Origin: Felis catus
Lineage: Eukaryota
Direction: 5' to 3'
Length of the DNA: 64,000 nucleotides
Assembly (NCBI RefSeq): GCF_018350175.1
Contig: NC_058368.1
Location: 227,728,001-227,792,000 of the forward strand
In this document: one piece after another, positions 61,332 through 64,000 of the stretch
How the letters are laid out: the number at the start of each line of letters is the position of its first letter
Position numbering within the stretch: position 1 is the first letter of the stretch
The notes under the pieces: model-generated
Seen by the model: the letters and a program-made list of their open reading frames with translations, nothing else
What the model was told of the DNA's origin: nothing
The model's database searches: none
Position numbers and translations under genes: made by a program

Positions 61332-64000
61332 GCTCCTTACTCCTCTGTAAACTGCTTTCTGTACATTCCACATTCAAATAGTAGATTATGTCACAGAGAA
61401 TACATCCAAAAGAATAAAGGTTGTAGCGAATTAGAGGGAAGGGTTGGGGTTTGTTCAGGGTTTGTTTGTTTTTTTTATCCTTTCTTCCTGGTCACAGACT
61501 AAGGACTATACTGATAATATCAAGCTGCTTCTTGGTTACCTTATTAATAATCCTTTTGACAGTAGAGAATAAGATTTCAAAAGCACCTTGGCATGTTTCA
61601 TAATTCTCCCTTATTTCCAGGAATCATGAACTAGTCTTCTCTGCATGCACCACTTTCTCACACCACCCCCGCCCCCATGCTGAGCATTCAACAAATAAAT
61701 GTACTGACTGAGAGCCTGTGAAGTGAAAAAGACATCTAAGGACACAGCCGATACTCCCACCCTCTTGGAATTCAGTCCAGTCAGGCCTCCAGAAGCTGGC
61801 TGGGGAGCTCGGGAGGCCTTGAGGAGCCTGGTGAGTTGTGCTGGGTGGGACTCTTGAGGGAACCACAGTCCACACCCCACTCTACAGGGGCCCTGGGCCA
61901 ACTGGGAGGACAGGGACCTTCCTGGCCCCCAGAAGCCTGTCTTTGGTCTTTGAAGGGATGGAGCTGGTCCCTGTTAACAATTTCTAACTCTCTCCATTCT
62001 GAGCGCTCTACGTGAGCATAACTCGTACACTATTTAACCACTATTTTAGTCTCTTCTAATACATTTCTCTTTATACCTTTTATTCCACCGAAAAAAATGT
62101 CTCCCTCATAGTTCTGATTTGATCAGAATACTAAAAAAAAATCCACATTGTTTCTTAAACACCTATCTATTTAATAAATCTGTTTAAAATCACATCTGCA
62201 TTCAGATCTAGCCAAGAGAAGATACACATATGTGACAAAGATTGCTCTTACTAGTTGCTAAAGAGCAGATCTTAAATTTGCATATAAAGAAGAATGCAAC
62301 ACTGTTTGCCCAGGAAGGTCCTACATATGCTTCGGTTAGAAAATGCTTGTTCCAATGTTGTATACCTTCAGTCACACAGGGCAAAACTTTCCACTGTTTC
62401 ACATCTTAAATTAGTGTATAAATGAGGATGTATGTTCGACCACAGGTTAACTTACAGCAGGAGCAAGTCTGCACTGATACTCCCTGCTTACGTTGTTGGT
62501 CCACTTACAGTTAGTGACAGGAAACCATTTCCAACTATGGGCTTCATGCCGGGTATGTTTATAGCTAGACCTACAGTACTCACTCACATCAAGCACTCTG
62601 TAGGCCCTTAAGTATTACACTTACCTTTTACACACAACACATCTTTGAGATGATGGTTCTTTCTGAGACCGTAAACATTCGTCTCTTGGATTCCTCCCCT
62701 TCTGAGGAAATTATTTTGGTAGCTGTTACAATTATCAGTCATTGGTCTGACAATAACCTATGGTTTTCACTGGCAAGTCAGAGGAAGATGTAGTCAAAAG
62801 ATCAGAAAATTACATTAACATGTTTTGTTGTTGTTGTTGTTTCTGCAGTCATAAGGAATCCTCAAAAGCTCTAATTCCCATGTGGCATGGCTACAAGTGG
62901 CCACCATTCCCAAAATGTCAAGGGAACAGATCCAAGCTTTGGCCTAATTGCTCATACCAGATCCCAGGCGGGAGCAGGGAGAGTGGCAAGAAAGAAAAGT
63001 GACAATGAGGGGCAGTGAAAGGGTTAAGGAACGGAGGCGGGTAACACAGGGACAAAGAACAGACTTCCAGGTCATGGATCATTCTTTGATATCCACCTCA
63101 TTTTTGTTGACTTCAAATTTTAATTTTAATCTAATTCAGAACTACAAGAGAATAAACACGGCTGAACAGAGTTAAGTTGGTGCTTTAAAATTATACCGTT
63201 ATAATCAACAATCACCTATGTGGTCTCAGACGAGCCGCAGCCTCCTTAGGCTCAGTTTCTCCGTGTGTGAATGAGGAAGTGAGACAAAATACTGTACTCA
63301 GAATGGAAATGTGATTTTTCACAAGGATCATGCCATTTCATGCTTCCAACCTTCTACATACAGCCAGCCCCATCATCTAACTTGTAACCTTCCCACGAAA
63401 CTCAACTAGAGGGTCCTCCAGCTCCTGGGGTCGGATCCAGCACACTCCTCTCTTGGGCGCCCACACCCCACACACCCTGTCCTAGCCTGTGATCATCCGC
63501 CCCCTCGTCTCGCCAGGTTCCTCCACCACCCTAGGGCTCCCGAGGCCCGGTGCCCCATGCTCAGGCTGTTCTGCCCAAGGGAGGAAAGGATAAGCCGGCA
63601 CCCTGGGGACCCTGTCTTCTGGGGGCACTGCAATGCCCTCCCCCAGGTCCGTCTCACCCTAAGAGCTGAGATGATCAAATTTCCTGACAACAGAAGGACC
63701 AGCAACTTGAAAATACTGCCAAGGTATTCTTTTTTAAAGACCTTCAGTATAAAACTTACAGCTTTGCTCAGAAGACAACCACAAGTATGAGCAAAAGTGG
63801 GGGTGGGGGGGAAATGTGGAGCATGAATACCAACAATCTCTTCATTTCCAAGGAACCAGCTACAAACAAAAGAAAGGGGAACAGGTGGGCTAGTTCATAT
63901 GCACTTGTTCTCAGACAAGCAAAACTACCAAAGGGTTACTTTCATTGTAAATCTTGTTGTTGTTTTTTTTCTTTTTAGGTCAGAGTACACTTTAAAGCAC

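Larger units (their letters stand above)
4743..64000 (-). other. TRIO: TRIO intron 1 (3' portion; the canonical exon 1 lies beyond the right edge)
   Basis: Lies upstream of the exon 2 acceptor. No sequence encoding the Gly/Ala-rich MSGSSGGAAA… exon 1 peptide was seen. Mammalian TRIO intron 1 is known to be very long. Confidence 0.88.

Noticed and set aside
1..64000. A novel multi-gene, defence or CRISPR-like system
   Set aside because: The window is mammalian intronic DNA. It has no operon-like ORF cluster, no repeat-spacer array and no long ORF with a recognisable domain. The recurring ~200-bp repeats are dispersed CanSINEs.

Overview
Mammalian genomic DNA from a felid, judged by its many CanSINE/SINEC_Fc elements. 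The window lies inside the Rho-GEF gene TRIO, transcribed on the minus strand. The only confidently coding sequence is the 75-bp exon 2 (4668-4742), (G)FRKNDEMKAMDVLPILKEKVAYLS(G), which the ORF track misses. Bases 1-4667 are intron 2 and 4743-64000 are the 3' part of the long intron 1. The rest is about 20 carnivore SINEs (many with readable target-site duplications), older L1M/L2/MIR/MaLR fragments, DNA-transposon MITEs (MER119, Tigger2a, MER44, MER20B, MER58A, Charlie4a, MER5) and microsatellites. Repeat family names come from recalled consensus sequences, not a database search. I see no support for a new protein-coding system. The best leads are: a CpG/NRF1/CRE element with sense splice donors about 6.6 kb upstream of exon 2 (possible alternative TRIO promoter); a candidate recursive splice site at 61290; near-identical inverted SINEs bracketing exon 2; stacked SINE insertions at shared target sites; and a chain of interlocking inverted repeats at 55.6 kb.
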